Positions 23,898 to 36,748 of a DNA stretch of 64,000 nt are shown piece by piece. Source of the stretch: Eledone cirrhosa (taxonomy: Eukaryota); assembly GCA_964016885.1 (NCBI GenBank), contig OZ024757.1, positions 22,444,001-22,508,000 of the forward strand. Direction: 5' to 3'. The notes beneath the pieces are model-generated. The model saw nothing but the letters and a program-made list of their open reading frames with translations, did not search any database and was not told the DNA's origin. Position numbers and translations under genes: made by a program. The first letter of the stretch is position 1. Each line of letters starts with the position of its first letter.

Positions 23898-24558
23898 CTC
23901 ATACCCTATCTCATAACCTATCTCTGCCACTCTCTTTTATTCTCTATATTTCCATACACATATTTGAAGACAATGGTATTATAAATTCAAGATTCCATAA
24001 ATACTAAATGTTGTCCAAAGTTACAATGTTACTACTTCAACAAATATTAATGGCCAATAAAAGAAATTAATGGTTTGTGGTCATTGCATTTTCTTACACT
24101 TAAAATACAAACAATACATATTTTATATGTGTGTGTGTGTGCGTGTGTGTGTGCGTGTGTGTGTGAGTGTGTGTGTGAGTGTGTCTGTGAGTGTGTCTGT
24201 GAGTGTGTGTATACATACATACATATATATATATATATACATACATACATACATACATATATATATACATATACATACACACATATGTACATATCTATGT
24301 ATGATACTTTGGTATATTCAAAATATTTTTGAGGGTTGTTTTTTGTCAGTCCTAGTGTTGATATATTGTCACATAATAATCTATGGTTTTAAGCCATACC
24401 ATCAAGCCATACCACTCACCAACCACGCAACCATTCTACTGGAACACACATTTATTACTTTATTATGATTTGTATATAATGTATATGATGAATGACTTCT
24501 GTACTGAAATAATTTCTAATGTTTCTGGTTTGTTTTTGTCTTCTAATTTTCATATACA

Positions 24559-24730
24559 GGCGCTGAATTGTCAGAGTCGTTAGAATGTCGGATAGAATGC
24601 TTGGCGGTATTTGTTCTGTCTCTCTTCTATCTGAGCTCAAATCCTGCAGAGGTCGTCTCTGCCTTTCAAACATTTGAGGTTGATGAAAAAAAAAAAAAGT
24701 ACCAATCTAGTAATGGTGTAGATTGTTCAT
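24559..24730 (+). mobile_element. Older SINE family B variant
   Basis: GGCGCTGAATTGTCAGAGTCGTTAGAATGTCGG..GAGCTCAAATCCTGCAGAGGTCG. Confidence 0.7.
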
Positions 24731-24766
24731 TCATATCTCTTTCTCACTCCCTATCTATCACTTTCT

Positions 24767-25186
24767 CTCTGGCCAACAACTGGTCCGTTTCTTCCGATAT
24801 CATTTCGGAAGAAGGATCAGGATGGAGAGAGAGGTGCTCCACCCCAGTCGTTTTTATGAAAGGTGGGTGAAAGTGGCGAGAATGGCCCGTGTGAATGGGC
24901 CTTCTCTTTACATAAGCCTGTAGGTGGAAAAGAGGAAGGAACGAGGGAGCACCCCCTCTCTGTGCTCCTGAGGAGAAGGGTTGCACACTTTTTTCGGGGG
25001 TGTGTGCGACCCCGCAAGGCGCCTCCTCTCTATTGAGGATTTTGTTATAAATTTTATTTTTTGTTATATTTTATTTTATTTTTATATATTGTTATTGCCT
25101 CCTCCCTATTGAGGACGCCTTGTTTTGTAAACTCCCCCATTGTACTTGTCCCACTTTTGATGCCCTGGTGGCAAATAAAAGAAACA
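24767..25186 (+). mobile_element. 5'-truncated L1/Tx1-like LINE 3' end with a 15-bp TSD
   Basis: ORF end FFRYHFGRRIRMEREVLHPSRFYERWVKVARMARVNGPSL*, AATAAA near the end, and TSD TATCTATCACTTTCT at 24752-24766 and 25187-25201. Confidence 0.7.
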
Positions 25187-25291
25187 TATCTATCACTTTC
25201 TATCATTCTCTGGTAGAAATCTGCTGTTTTCAGACATGGAAAGGAGATGGGTTCTGCCAGACTTTAAAATTCCCAAGAAACAGTGTAATAA

Positions 25292-25485
25292 TAATTGTTT
25301 CTACTTTTGGCACAAGGCCAGCAATTATCCCAGTGCATTACTGGTACTTTATTTTATCGACCCCGTAAGGATGAAAGGCAAAGTTGACCTCGGCGGGATT
25401 TGAACTCAGACCATAAAGGGCCGTAACTCTATGCACCAAAGCATGGCGTCCGACCCTCTACCAATACTGCCAATCCACCGCCCTT
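25292..25485 (-). mobile_element. Full-length SINE family B
   Basis: Matches the consensus of 29155-29350. Confidence 0.92.
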
Positions 25486-26534
25486 TAATAATAATAATAA
25501 TATTATTTATAGTTATATATACACTATATACAACTATAAACAGGAAAGGTCACAGACAAATAATCAAGAGGTGAAAGGATGGTTATTAGAAATAGCAGTC
25601 CACATCGATATATTTAGCACCTAGCAAGAAGAACACTATTCAGACAGGTAGTAAGGCTAGCAGGCAATGAAATATAGAGAGTGGGATTAGAGAGATACCT
25701 GGATGAAATTGAAGAATTTGATGGAGGGGAGACATTGGTAAATGAAGAGAAAAGGTGAAGGTAGATTTTGATTGAGAAAAAAATAGAGGGGACACCATAT
25801 ATAAAGAGTGGAAGAGAAGAAAGGATGACGTATGTGAAGGAGTTAGAGAATATACTGAAGGAGAGTAGAGAATATACTGAAGGAGTGAAGAGAATATACT
25901 GAAGGAGTGAAGAGGTGACTTTTCAAATACAAAACTTGCAATTACGAGTTAAACATATGAAGGAAATCTCAGTGAGAGGGAAGTGCTTCACTTCAAACTA
26001 TAGAGACCAAGATTATCACTAGAAGTCAACAATGCTTGAGGTAAAAAGAATAAGAACATGGAGGAGCAAGCTAACTAGCAGGTAACCGGTAGTTAGCATC
26101 GTTAAAATTTAGTGTTTTTTCTTCTTTCTTTTTATTTTATTTATTTATTTTTTTATTTTACATTGCAGAAATATTACATTTTAATCTGTCCAATTGTGTA
26201 TTGAATCTTAACAGGCAATATTCTTCCAATGTTTCTCTGTGAATTACGTAAGTTTCAGGATATAATTCTCTGTGAAATGTGGAAATTATCCAAACTTTAA
26301 CGGCTTCTGAAGCCTTCTTAATTCAGCTTGATGTCTGTAATGTCATTTTTACCATTTCGTAAGATTGATGAAGAATGCTAAGTAGAGGTGTTTGTTAATT
26401 TAGGAGGAAATTTAGTATAAGAACTTTAAATTTAGATTTAGATTTTAGCTATGAAGAAATTAAGAATGCTGCCATAGTTCACTCGTTAACTGATAACCAG
26501 CTAATGAGAGTTTGACACTTGGTCAATCTGAAAG

Positions 26535-27262
26535 AGAAGTGGATGGACTGGACGGTTGGATGGAGGAACAGTGGGGTGGATAGATGGAGAGACAGATCAA
26601 TAGACATATGGTCAGAAGCATAGATGAATGGACGGGTAGATGGATGAACAGAGAGATGGACAGATGTATGGATGGACGGATAGATGGACGGAAGAATAGA
26701 TGGACGGAAGAATAGATGGACAGATGGACAGAAGCATGGATGGATGGATGGACGGATAGATGGACGGAAGAATAGATGGACAGAAGCATGGATGGATGGG
26801 ACAGATAGATAGATAGATAAATAGATGGTTGAACAGGTGGATAGATGGACAAACAGATAGATAGACAGGTGGACAGATGGACAAACAGATAGATAGACAG
26901 GTGGACAGATGGACAAACAGATAGATAGACAGATGGACAGAGAAATGGATAGAAGTATAGATGGATGGATAGATGGATAAATGGATGGGTGAATGAACGG
27001 CAGAACAGATGAATGGATGGACAGATGGATAAGTAGACAGACAGACACAGGGACAGAAGCATAGATGGATGGACGGATAGATGGATGTATGGATGGATGG
27101 ATGGACTGATAGGTGGATGTATGGATGGACTGATAGATAGATGTATTAATGAATGGACAGGTAAATAGATAGATAGATACATGGATTGACCAATTGATGG
27201 ATGGATAGATAGATAAAAGGATGGATGGATGGGTGAGTGGAGATATAAGTAGATTAATGGAT
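26535..27262. repeat. Degenerate (GGAT/AGAT/GGAC)n tetranucleotide array
   Basis: Seen directly in the sequence. Confidence 0.9.
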
Positions 27263-27431
27263 TAAGTGTTGAGTAAATTGCAGGATGATGCAAGAAAAAC
27301 TAAATGTAACAAAGGTGTTCATAATAAAGTAAGCATTACCTTAATCTAGAAATCACAATAATCTTTAATTAATCAAGGCCATACCAATATGGGGTTAGGT
27401 AAACATTGGTAAAAACCTACTACAAAGTAAA

Positions 27432-27933
27432 AACCTACTACAGTCAGTAGGCATCTCTATCAAAACACCCCCCCCCCCCCCGTCCCACCACCCCCACCCC
27501 ATCCACACCGCCCCTTTCAATGTAAAGTTATGTTGGTCCCACAACATCCAGGCCGAAACAAATGAGATCGTGTAGGTGTCACGACAAAAAAAACACACAG
27601 TCCACGCTGTAATGTGGCCGTATAGGCAACACGGTAAAAACCTCCCAGCCCCACACTGTAAATGTGGTTGGTGTTAGGAAGGGCATCCAGCTGTAGAAAA
27701 CCCGCCAGACAGTCCACGCTGTAATGTGGCCGTGTAGGCAACACGGTAAAGACCTCCCAGCCCCACACTGTAAATGTGGTTGGTGTTAGGAAGGGCATCC
27801 AACTGTAGAAAACCCGCCAGACAGTCCTATGCGAGCAAGACAACCACTCTTGCCTCAAGTGGGAAAACCCCCGTCCAAACCCATGCAAGCGTGGAACACG
27901 GACGCTAAACCTGATGATGATGATGATGATGAT
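27432..27933 (+). mobile_element. RTE 3' end with an internal 112-bp tandem duplication
   Basis: ACAGTCCACGCTGTAATGTGG at 27597 and 27709; same structure at 59577-60045. Confidence 0.9.
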
Positions 27934-28521
27934 GGTAAGAATGTTTAAATCAACCAAACAAAGGTAAGGGAGACAACCTAGAATCAATAATTTAAATTTT
28001 TTATTAAATGAATGTCCCACTAGAGCCCCAATTATGTAAAACTGGAAATAGGTGGTGATATATTTCTATATTATTAGCCCTCCTTAATGAAGCATAGTCA
28101 TTGATATGTCTAACTGGCCTGATATTGTTGCTAGAGACCACATATTTAAAACATTCTCTGTTGTAGAAATCAACTACCTGCCGGATGCCAATGTAGTAAG
28201 AAAAATACTAGAGAAGGAGGATATCTACGGAGCATTAATGAGGAGTTTTCAGATCCAGTACTCAAGATATATACACAGCTTTATACATATTATTACTGGA
28301 GCTATGGCATATATACTAACCCACCTGGACTGAAATATGACTAAACATGGATTTGTGGGGAAAAAACACAGCTCCGTAATTCATAAGTTTCAAATGTCCA
28401 GAATATGTGAAAACTTCAAAATTAAAAAACATGTGTGTGTGACTGATTTAATAGTCAGATGTATTAACAACTCTAAAAAGACATTGTTTTACATCGCTGG
28501 ATACCGGGTTCATTTTACAAT

Positions 28522-28750
28522 TTAACCCTTTAGCATTCAAATTACTATATATTTACTATTATATTTTCATGGTAAAGGCTTTACCTCGCATAATTATCTC
28601 ACATAATATCGAATCTATGAGATTTTGATATTATTTATTTTGAGAACAATACCTTAACATCAGTTTGAGGGACCAGTTACAGCCAGTTTCAACAGAAAGA
28701 GGTAGAGAATTCTGGCCGGTTTTGGCCAGTTTGAACATTAAAGGATTAAA
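28522..28750 (+). mobile_element. piggyBac-like MITE family 1
   Basis: TTAACCCTTTAGCATT ... ATTAAAGGATTAA. Confidence 0.85.
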
Positions 28751-29009
28751 GAAAGAATGATTGCACAAACGACTTAATAAATAATTTCTTTTTCTATATA
28801 AGCTTGCCACCATACAAGAGAGTATATGACTATATTGGCGGCCATCTTGTTACCCATAGGCAGATCTCACACAATGCAGCCTCGACAAATGAATACTGCT
28901 CGATTATGGCAGACAATTGAAACACCCAGGACACCATGGTGAAATACCAATATATGGAACATTACATTATCTAACATTCTTTCCTTATTTTAATTTATAT
29001 TCCTTTGAA

Positions 29010-29128
29010 GTTCCGATGAGCCGTTCTGTCTTTAAATATGTTAATTATTTTCAACTGAACCAGATCAATAATGATATATAGTCATTTGATCCAGAAATAT
29101 TATATGGAGTAGCGAAACAATTGTAAAC
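29010..29128 (+). ncRNA. Hammerhead motif with an extended stem II (U4>C)
   Basis: GTT-CCGATGA-GC..(~90 nt)..GC-GAAA-CAATTG-TA-AAC. Confidence 0.5.
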
Positions 29129-29154
29129 GGACATTATTATTATTAATATTATTG

Positions 29155-29350
29155 GTGGTCGGTGGATTGGCAGTATCGGTAGAAGGTCGGACTCCATGCT
29201 TTGACGCATAGAGTTACGGCCCTTGCCATTCTGAGTTCAAATCCCGCCAAGGTTAACTTTGCCTTTCATCCTTACGGGGTCGATAAAATAAAGTACCAGT
29301 AATGCACTGGGTAATTGCTGGCCTTGTGCCAAAAGTAGAAACAATTATTA
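29155..29350 (+). mobile_element. Full-length SINE family B
   Basis: A-box-like TGGCAGTATCGG, B-box GAGTTCAAATCC, core and (ATT)n tail. Confidence 0.92.
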
Positions 29351-29471
29351 TTAATATTATCATTATTATTCTCTACATTCCTTACATCAAACTAAAATAT
29401 GTTGACAATCTTTTAATAATGTCTTCCTTGTGAAATTTGTGGTCTTGTTTTGCTTAACTAATGAATATATG

Positions 29472-29503
<32 letters not shown>

Positions 29504-29516
29504 AGTATATATATAT

Positions 29517-29667
29517 AACGAAGGTGTGGTAAGGAACCAGATAGACCATAACACACCGGAGTACTCAATACTTCGGGTAGTAGAGTTTCGACGGCTATTT
29601 CTAGGCTAGTCCAGAAATAGCTGTCGAAACGGCTTGAGCTCTGCCGTCGGGGTCTAGCATTTTCCTA
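29517..29667. mobile_element. (TA)n-flanked PLE-like insert with an inverted 5' segment
   Basis: The left part is the reverse complement of 16768-16840 and the right part equals 16700-16750; central hairpin TTTCGACGGCTATTTCT..AGAAATAGCTGTCGAAA. Confidence 0.75.
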
Positions 29668-29906
29668 TATATATATATATATATAAAATATATATATATA
29701 TACACATACATGACATATATATATTCTCTGCTGTATGACACTTGTAATACTCACATGAAAGTATGATTGAATAGATGCATGTAAATATATGTAAGGATGA
29801 AAATGTATGTGTAAATATATATATATATCTTAACCTACAACATTTTCAGCATATGAATTACATTGAGTTCTTCATGCAGAATAGACCCCACAACTTATCG
29901 TGGATA

Positions 29907-29939
<33 letters not shown>

Positions 29940-30139
29940 GATATAATGTGTGAATGCATATATATATACATGTTTTTTTAAGTATGTATGTGTATTAATG
30001 CATATACACATGTGTAAATGTATATGGGTATGCATACATTATCGCTAGAAACTGTCATTTTAGTCCATTTCATAGATATATATATGTATGTTAATTATAT
30101 ATATATGTATATATGTATATATATATATTTATATATATA

Positions 30140-30213
30140 CAGGGTGTCCCCAAAAATGTATACACACTTCAACAGCATTCTAATAAAAGTGTGTATACAT
30201 TTTTGGGTCACTG
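30140..30213. mobile_element. ~75-bp Tc1/mariner-like MITE, TA TSD
   Basis: TA|CAGGGTGTCCCCAAAAATGTATACAC..GTGTATACATTTTTGGGTCACTG|TA. Confidence 0.8.
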
Positions 30214-30382
30214 TATATATATGCCTGCATGTGTATATGACAGTAAACATCATACAAGACAGTATGTGTATATAACTCTGTGTGTATATGACTATATTAA
30301 TACATGTGTATATATTGTATTATTACATTTTTTTCTCCTTTTCTTTGTACAATACTAACTTTTCTATATTTGTTTCTTTCTT

Positions 30383-30571
30383 TGTGTCTGTGTGTGTGTG
30401 TGTGTGTGTGTCAGTGTGTGTGCGAGAGAGAGTGTGTGTGTTTTTGTGAGTGAGTGCGTGTGTGTGTCAGTGTGCATGTGTGTGCCAGTGTGGTTGTGTG
30501 TGTGTGAGAGAGAGAGAAAGAGGGAGAGAGTGTGTGTGTTTTTGTGAGCGAGTGTGTGTGTGTGTGTGTCA

Positions 30572-30602
<31 letters not shown>

Positions 30603-30850
30603 TGTGTGTATGTGTATGTGTGTGTGTGTGTATGTGTGTATATATACATGTTTGTGTAAATGTGTGTGTGTGAGAGAGAGCGTGTGTGTGTGTGTTTGTG
30701 AGTGTGTGTGTGTGCATGTCTCAGTGTGTGTATGTGTGTGTATACATGTATGTGTGTGTGTATATTCATGTATATATATATGTTTGTGTAAATGCAATGC
30801 ATGTGTGTGTGTATATATGTGTATGATTGTGTACATGCATGAGTGCGTCT
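30383..30850. repeat. (GT)n/(GA)n compound microsatellite
   Basis: Seen directly in the sequence. Confidence 0.95.
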
Positions 30851-30934
30851 ACACACTGCACATGCATTTTGAATGTTTTATACATTATGAAAAATAAATG
30901 TGTGTCTAACCATCTCTCTATATCTCTCTCTCTT

Positions 30935-30967
<33 letters not shown>

Positions 30968-31019
30968 GTGTGTATATATGTGTGTATATATATATATACA
31001 CACACACATCTAGATAAAT

Positions 31020-31093
31020 ATATATATGTGTAGATATGTGAGCATATAAGTAAATATGAATGTATGCATGTATGTATGTAAGTGTCCAATATC

Positions 31094-31154
<61 letters not shown>

Positions 31155-31222
31155 ATATATGTGTAGATATGTTAGCATATAAGTAAATATGAATGTATGC
31201 ATGTATGTAAGTGTCCAATATC

Positions 31223-31261
<39 letters not shown>

Positions 31262-31347
31262 ATATATGTGTAGATATACATACATACATGCATACATTCA
31301 TATTTACTTATATGCTAACATATCTACACATATATACACACACACAC

Positions 31348-31395
<48 letters not shown>

Positions 31396-31560
31396 TATTT
31401 GGACACTTACATGCATACATTCATGTGCATGTATGTATGTATGTATGTAAGTGTGGAAATATCTTTATGTATATATATATACATACAGATATTTCCACAC
31501 TTACTTACATACATGCATACATTCATATTTACTTATATGCTAACATATCTACACATATAT

Positions 31561-31607
<47 letters not shown>

Positions 31608-31764
31608 GACACTTACATGCATACATTCATGTGCATGTATGTATGTATGTATGTAAGTGTGGAAATATCTTTATGTATATATATATATACATACAGATAT
31701 TTCCACACTTACATACATGCATACATTCATATTTACTTATATGCTAACATATCTACACATATAT

Positions 31765-31815
<51 letters not shown>

Positions 31816-31992
31816 TACATATAGATATTTGGACACTTACATACATACATGCACATGAATGTATGCATGTATGTATGTAAGTGTGGAAATATCTTTATGT
31901 ATATATATATATACATACAGATATTTCCACACTTACTTACATACATGCATACATTCATATTTACTTATATGCTAACATATCTACACATATAT

Positions 31993-32060
<68 letters not shown>
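31020..32060. repeat. Foldback higher-order repeat built from microsatellite blocks
   Basis: GTGTAGATATGTTAGCATATAAGTAAATATGAATGTATGC occurs twice, then its reverse complement four times; inner hairpins GTAAGTGTGGAAATATCT/AGATATTTCCACACTTAC. Confidence 0.85.
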
Positions 32061-32068
<8 letters not shown>

Positions 32069-32299
32069 ATGTGTATATATGTGTTATATACATATACCTG
32101 GTTTTGTTTGGTTTTGCTTCATTTTGTCATGCATTGTCCCATTCTCCAGGGCCTTTATTTAGATAACCATTAAGAACCCAACAACTAAATGCTACATAGA
32201 TAATACAGCAACGCAAAGATTTATTCCACCCTCTTTCAGCCCATCCACCCTACCTACCCAACAGCCACCTCAACACTGACAACAAAGAAATTAACATAT

Positions 32300-33335
<1,036 letters not shown>

Positions 33336-33451
33336 TTAATAAGAGGAATACTAACTTTGTCCGATTTACTCGTTTTATTTACAATCCTTTAAAATTTATA
33401 ATGGTATTATAATGAAATAGTATGATAGAATATTAAATGTTAAGTGTTAAT

Positions 33452-33490
33452 TGAACAAGTACTTTTATGCTTTCGCAATCTTCAGGTTCA
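33452..33490 (-). ncRNA. Minimal hammerhead motif, GAAA>AAAA
   Basis: Mirror of 33548-33586. Confidence 0.55.
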
Positions 33491-33547
33491 TAATGTGTGG
33501 TGACAGTCACAGTTGAAAATTGCAAACTTGACTGTCACCACACATTA

Positions 33548-33586
33548 TGAACCTGAAGATTGCGAAAGCATGAAAGTACTTGTTCA
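33548..33586 (+). ncRNA. Minimal hammerhead ribozyme motif, intact core
   Basis: TGAAC-CTGAAGA-TTGCGAAAGCAT-GAAA-GTAC-TT-GTTCA. Confidence 0.75.
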
Positions 33587-33787
33587 ATTAACACTTAACA
33601 TTTAATATTCTATCATACTATTTCATTATAATACCATTATAAATTTTAAAGGATTGTAAATAAAACGAGTAAATCAGACAAAGTTGGAATTGCTCTTATT
33701 AATAAAATCTTCTATACACAATCATACACACCCGTGTATATTTATCTATCTATATATATATATATATATATTTAGAGTATACAGAGT

Positions 33788-34119
33788 ACCCGACCTCCCA
33801 TGGGTACAAGCTGAAGCATATAGACAATATGCCCCTACACCCCCCACCGCAAGGTGGTCGTGGAGGTGCCACGGCAAAAAATCACCCAGCCCACACTGTA
33901 AAGTGGACGTGTAGGCACCACGAAAAAGCATTCAGCACTTACTGTAAATGAGGTTGGTGTTAGCAAGGGCATCCAGCTGTAGAAATCAAGCCAGATCAGT
34001 TCCTGTATGAGCAAGGCATGGTCAGCCGACCAGACACTGCCCACAACAGGACAACCCGTCTAACCCATGCTAGCGTGGAAGAACGGACATAAAACGGTGA
34101 TGATGATGATGATGATGAT
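33788..34119 (+). mobile_element. RTE 3' UTR (subfamily of 5667-6705)
   Basis: AAGCTGAAGCATATAGACAATATGCCCC..CATGCTAGCGTGGAAGAACGGAC..(GAT)n. Confidence 0.9.
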
Positions 34120-34344
34120 ATTTATATATATATATGCATATATCTAGATGAGATTGTTTCCATGCTGATTCTGACAAATTTTCTGTGTCAGTGTATGTAA
34201 TCCCTTGCCTTTAGCAATTTTAGAAGGGGTGGGGGATTGAGATTGGGGGGGGGGGGTGAAGGTGGCAGAAGCTGGTGGTAGTAAAGAAAGAACTTTTACT
34301 ATTCATACTTTACATTCTGGAGGTTTTCATCTTGTTCTTCTACT

Positions 34345-34980
34345 CCATCATCATCGTCATCATCATCATCATCATTATCATTATCATCATCTTTTTCGCC
34401 CATTTATTCCTGAGAGGGTCATGGGAGAAGAGTCCTCAAACACTCCTTCCAGCGAGTCCTGTGAGAAGCAGCCCTCTCCAGTGGATCTGGCTGGATCCCC
34501 AAGCATGACCAGCCAAGGTCTTGGATATTATCCAAACATCTTGCTTGGGGTCTACCCCTGGGTCTTTTTCTGGCTTGTTTTGCCCTTAAAATCTGTCCAG
34601 TGATTCTTTCCTGATACATTCTAACCTCATACCCATAGTATCAGGGCTGTGATTTCTCAATTTGGAGAAGTAATGGCTCTATATGGAGTGACTCTCTGAT
34701 CTCAGAGCTAGCTACACACTATCAGTATGCACACTTGGTGTCGTCTGACTGCCACATCGCATGGTTTCAATTTAGCACCATTTATCCAAACACAAATACT
34801 TGGGCAAAGAGCTTACCATCAATCCCATACTCCTACACAGCCTTCCACAGCAGGTCTCGAGGAACGTGGTCCTACCCAACCTTCCAAGGACAACAATACA
34901 ACAATATACCTCTTGGCAATAATTCCACGATTTCTCAAAAATCTGCCGCAATGTGAATATTTTGGTCAGCTTTGAATCTC
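34345..34980 (-). mobile_element. Degenerate RTE-clade LINE (different family) 3' fragment
   Basis: Translation QILRAKQARKRPRGRPQARCLDNIQDLGW..RTRWK; (GAT)n tail. Confidence 0.7.
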
Positions 34981-35263
34981 ATGCTTCATGGTTATAAGAA
35001 AACCATTATAACTGGTGGTTGGCATTAGGAATAACATCCAGTGGTAGTAACCAAGCCAAAATACAGATCAATATGGTCTTTAGACCTGACTTGTCTCACA
35101 ATGTGACAATATATATATATATATATATATGTAGATAAATCTACCAAGAGTTTACGGTAGTGTCCAATCCGTATGAAGAACTCAATGTAATCCGGATATC
35201 ATGGAAAGAAGAGATGCAATGAAAAATCACTTTCGGTGAAAGATAAACGGAATACAGAGTCAA

Positions 35264-35415
35264 TTATTATTTCTGAAGACGGCATATATATGAGTTGGTA
35301 TGTATATTTAATTTTGATAGTTTGTATAATTTTGTATAATTTTGTACATAGATCTGTTAAATATACATGCCAATTCTAACACATATATATCCCAGAAACG
35401 ATCGTTAAATAATGA
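35264..35415 (+). ncRNA. Hammerhead ribozyme with a long stem II, intact core
   Basis: TTATTATTT-CTGAAGA-[stem II including TTGGTATGTATATTTAA/TTAAATATACATGCCAA]-GAAA-CGATCG-TT-AAATAATGA. Confidence 0.75.
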
Positions 35416-35493
35416 ACTTTTTTTGTTTAATATAAGGAACTGTTTCATTGTTTTATTCATTATTTTTTTAATATTTTATATATATATATATAT

Positions 35494-36028
35494 ATAAATG
35501 AAAGGTATAGAAAGTATTGTAGCGAGAAGCCAACAGTATTCCATAATATATAGGTGACTATAGCGTCATATATATATATATATATATGAGACATTCATCC
35601 CATTCTGATGTCATTAGCCCTGTTCTCATAATTCCACACGAGGTGTACTAGCCTGCTTTTAAATTCCCTTTCTGGCAGTGGCTTTTGGTTATCGTGTTTG
35701 AGCTCTACTGATGAACACTTCCAACCGTGACTAACCCCACTGAAAAGTTTCGTGAAATAGTATTTTTAAGACTATATAGAGCATTTGCAGTTTTTCCAAA
35801 TTGTTGGATAAGTATTTACCCTTAATTTTCTTCTGAGATAAGACTCTATTGGTTTTTTTCCCTGGAAATCTGTAGATAAAATTTCTGTCTTGCCTTTTTT
35901 TTTTATTGAGTTTGAATTATTTTCCCATATCTTACGTTAAATATTTTCCATCTTGACGTTATAGTCACTTAATATATATGAAATACTGTTGGCTTCTTGC
36001 TCACATTAATTTCTCTATTTTCATTTAT
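35494..36028. mobile_element. (TA)n-flanked insert with ~75-bp terminal inverted repeats and an internal hammerhead
   Basis: 35494-35568 approximates the reverse complement of 35954-36028 (AGAAGCCAACAGTATT/AATACTGTTGGCTTCT; GTGACTATA/TATAGTCAC). Confidence 0.75.
35702..35782 (+). ncRNA. Canonical type I hammerhead ribozyme
   Basis: GCTCTA-CTGATGA-ACACTTCCA..TGAAAAGTTTCGT-GAAA-TAGT[loop]ACTA-TA-TAGAGC; all three stems can form. Confidence 0.8.
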
Positions 36029-36040
36029 ATATATATATAT

Positions 36041-36225
36041 AAAAGGAGATTAATATCCCCACAGGTACTAAGTACCCTAAAATTGTTTGAATCTTACTTG
36101 CTCCGCTTATCTCAATTTTATAGTCCTGGTATGTCAAATTAATACCATAGAACAACCACTGTATCATAGACACCCTATATATTTCCAGGGGTACTTAGTA
36201 CCTGTGGAGATATTAATCTCCTTTT
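36041..36225. repeat. 38-bp inverted repeat pair
   Basis: AAAAGGAGATTAATATCCCCACAGGTACTAAGTACCC / GGGTACTTAGTACCTGTGGAGATATTAATCTCCTTTT. Confidence 0.85.
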
Positions 36226-36384
36226 ATATTTCTCCGTTATGTAGAGAAACAAATTCGTTGTTTTATTTAGCTGCTATTTTTAGTGGCGTGATAGACAAGT
36301 TTACGGCCTCATTCGATCCTGTGCTAGCTGGCAGGTGGCAATATATTTTGCTGTTCCTGGGACTTTTGTCCTAGGTAAGGAAAA

Positions 36385-36466
36385 TGCTCTCTAATGATCC
36401 AAACATTACCATTGGAGGTCCCTAGGATCCCCAATCTTTTGTAAGTTGAAACCGTCGGTAAAAGCA
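36385..36466 (+). ncRNA. Hammerhead motif, G5>A mutated; family of 346-424
   Basis: TGCTCT-CTAATGA-..-GAAA-CCGTCGG-TA-AAAGCA. Confidence 0.55.
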
Positions 36467-36564
36467 AATGGAATAGGTAAATATTTAAATTATATTTTTT
36501 TAATTTATTTAAAAAAAATATTTGAATTTTACTTGCTCCGCTTAACTCAATTATATATATCAGC

Positions 36565-36604
36565 TCGAGCTGAGGATCCGCTAAGGTGAAACAATTGTTC
36601 TCGG
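36565..36604 (+). ncRNA. Minimal hammerhead ribozyme motif, intact core
   Basis: TCGAG-CTGAGGA-TCCGCTAAGGT-GAAA-CAATTG-TT-CTCGG. Confidence 0.7.
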
Positions 36605-36704
36605 TATCGTGAACTAACTGTTGTGTTACCACTTCTACCTAACTCGCCCATGGACTGAGTGCTCTACCACTACGGATATTACCTTCCAGTGTTCTACCAC
36701 TATA

Positions 36705-36748
<44 letters not shown>

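Larger units (their letters stand above)
28090..29135 (+). pseudogene. Possible highly decayed Penelope-like ORF 3' end (GIY-YIG-like) followed by a hammerhead-bearing terminal repeat; interrupted by a MITE
   Basis: Weak peptide hints (GFVGK versus YVG.T, RLNK) upstream of the hammerhead at 29010; many stops. Confidence 0.3.

Noticed and set aside
25540-26095. Purine-rich coding-like stretch (possible LINE ORF1 relic)
   Set aside because: No open frame or recognisable motif to support a call.
28337-28525. CR1-type RT motif (QHGF) in KHGFVGKK
   Set aside because: The expected downstream CR1 motifs (LDFSKAFD) are absent.
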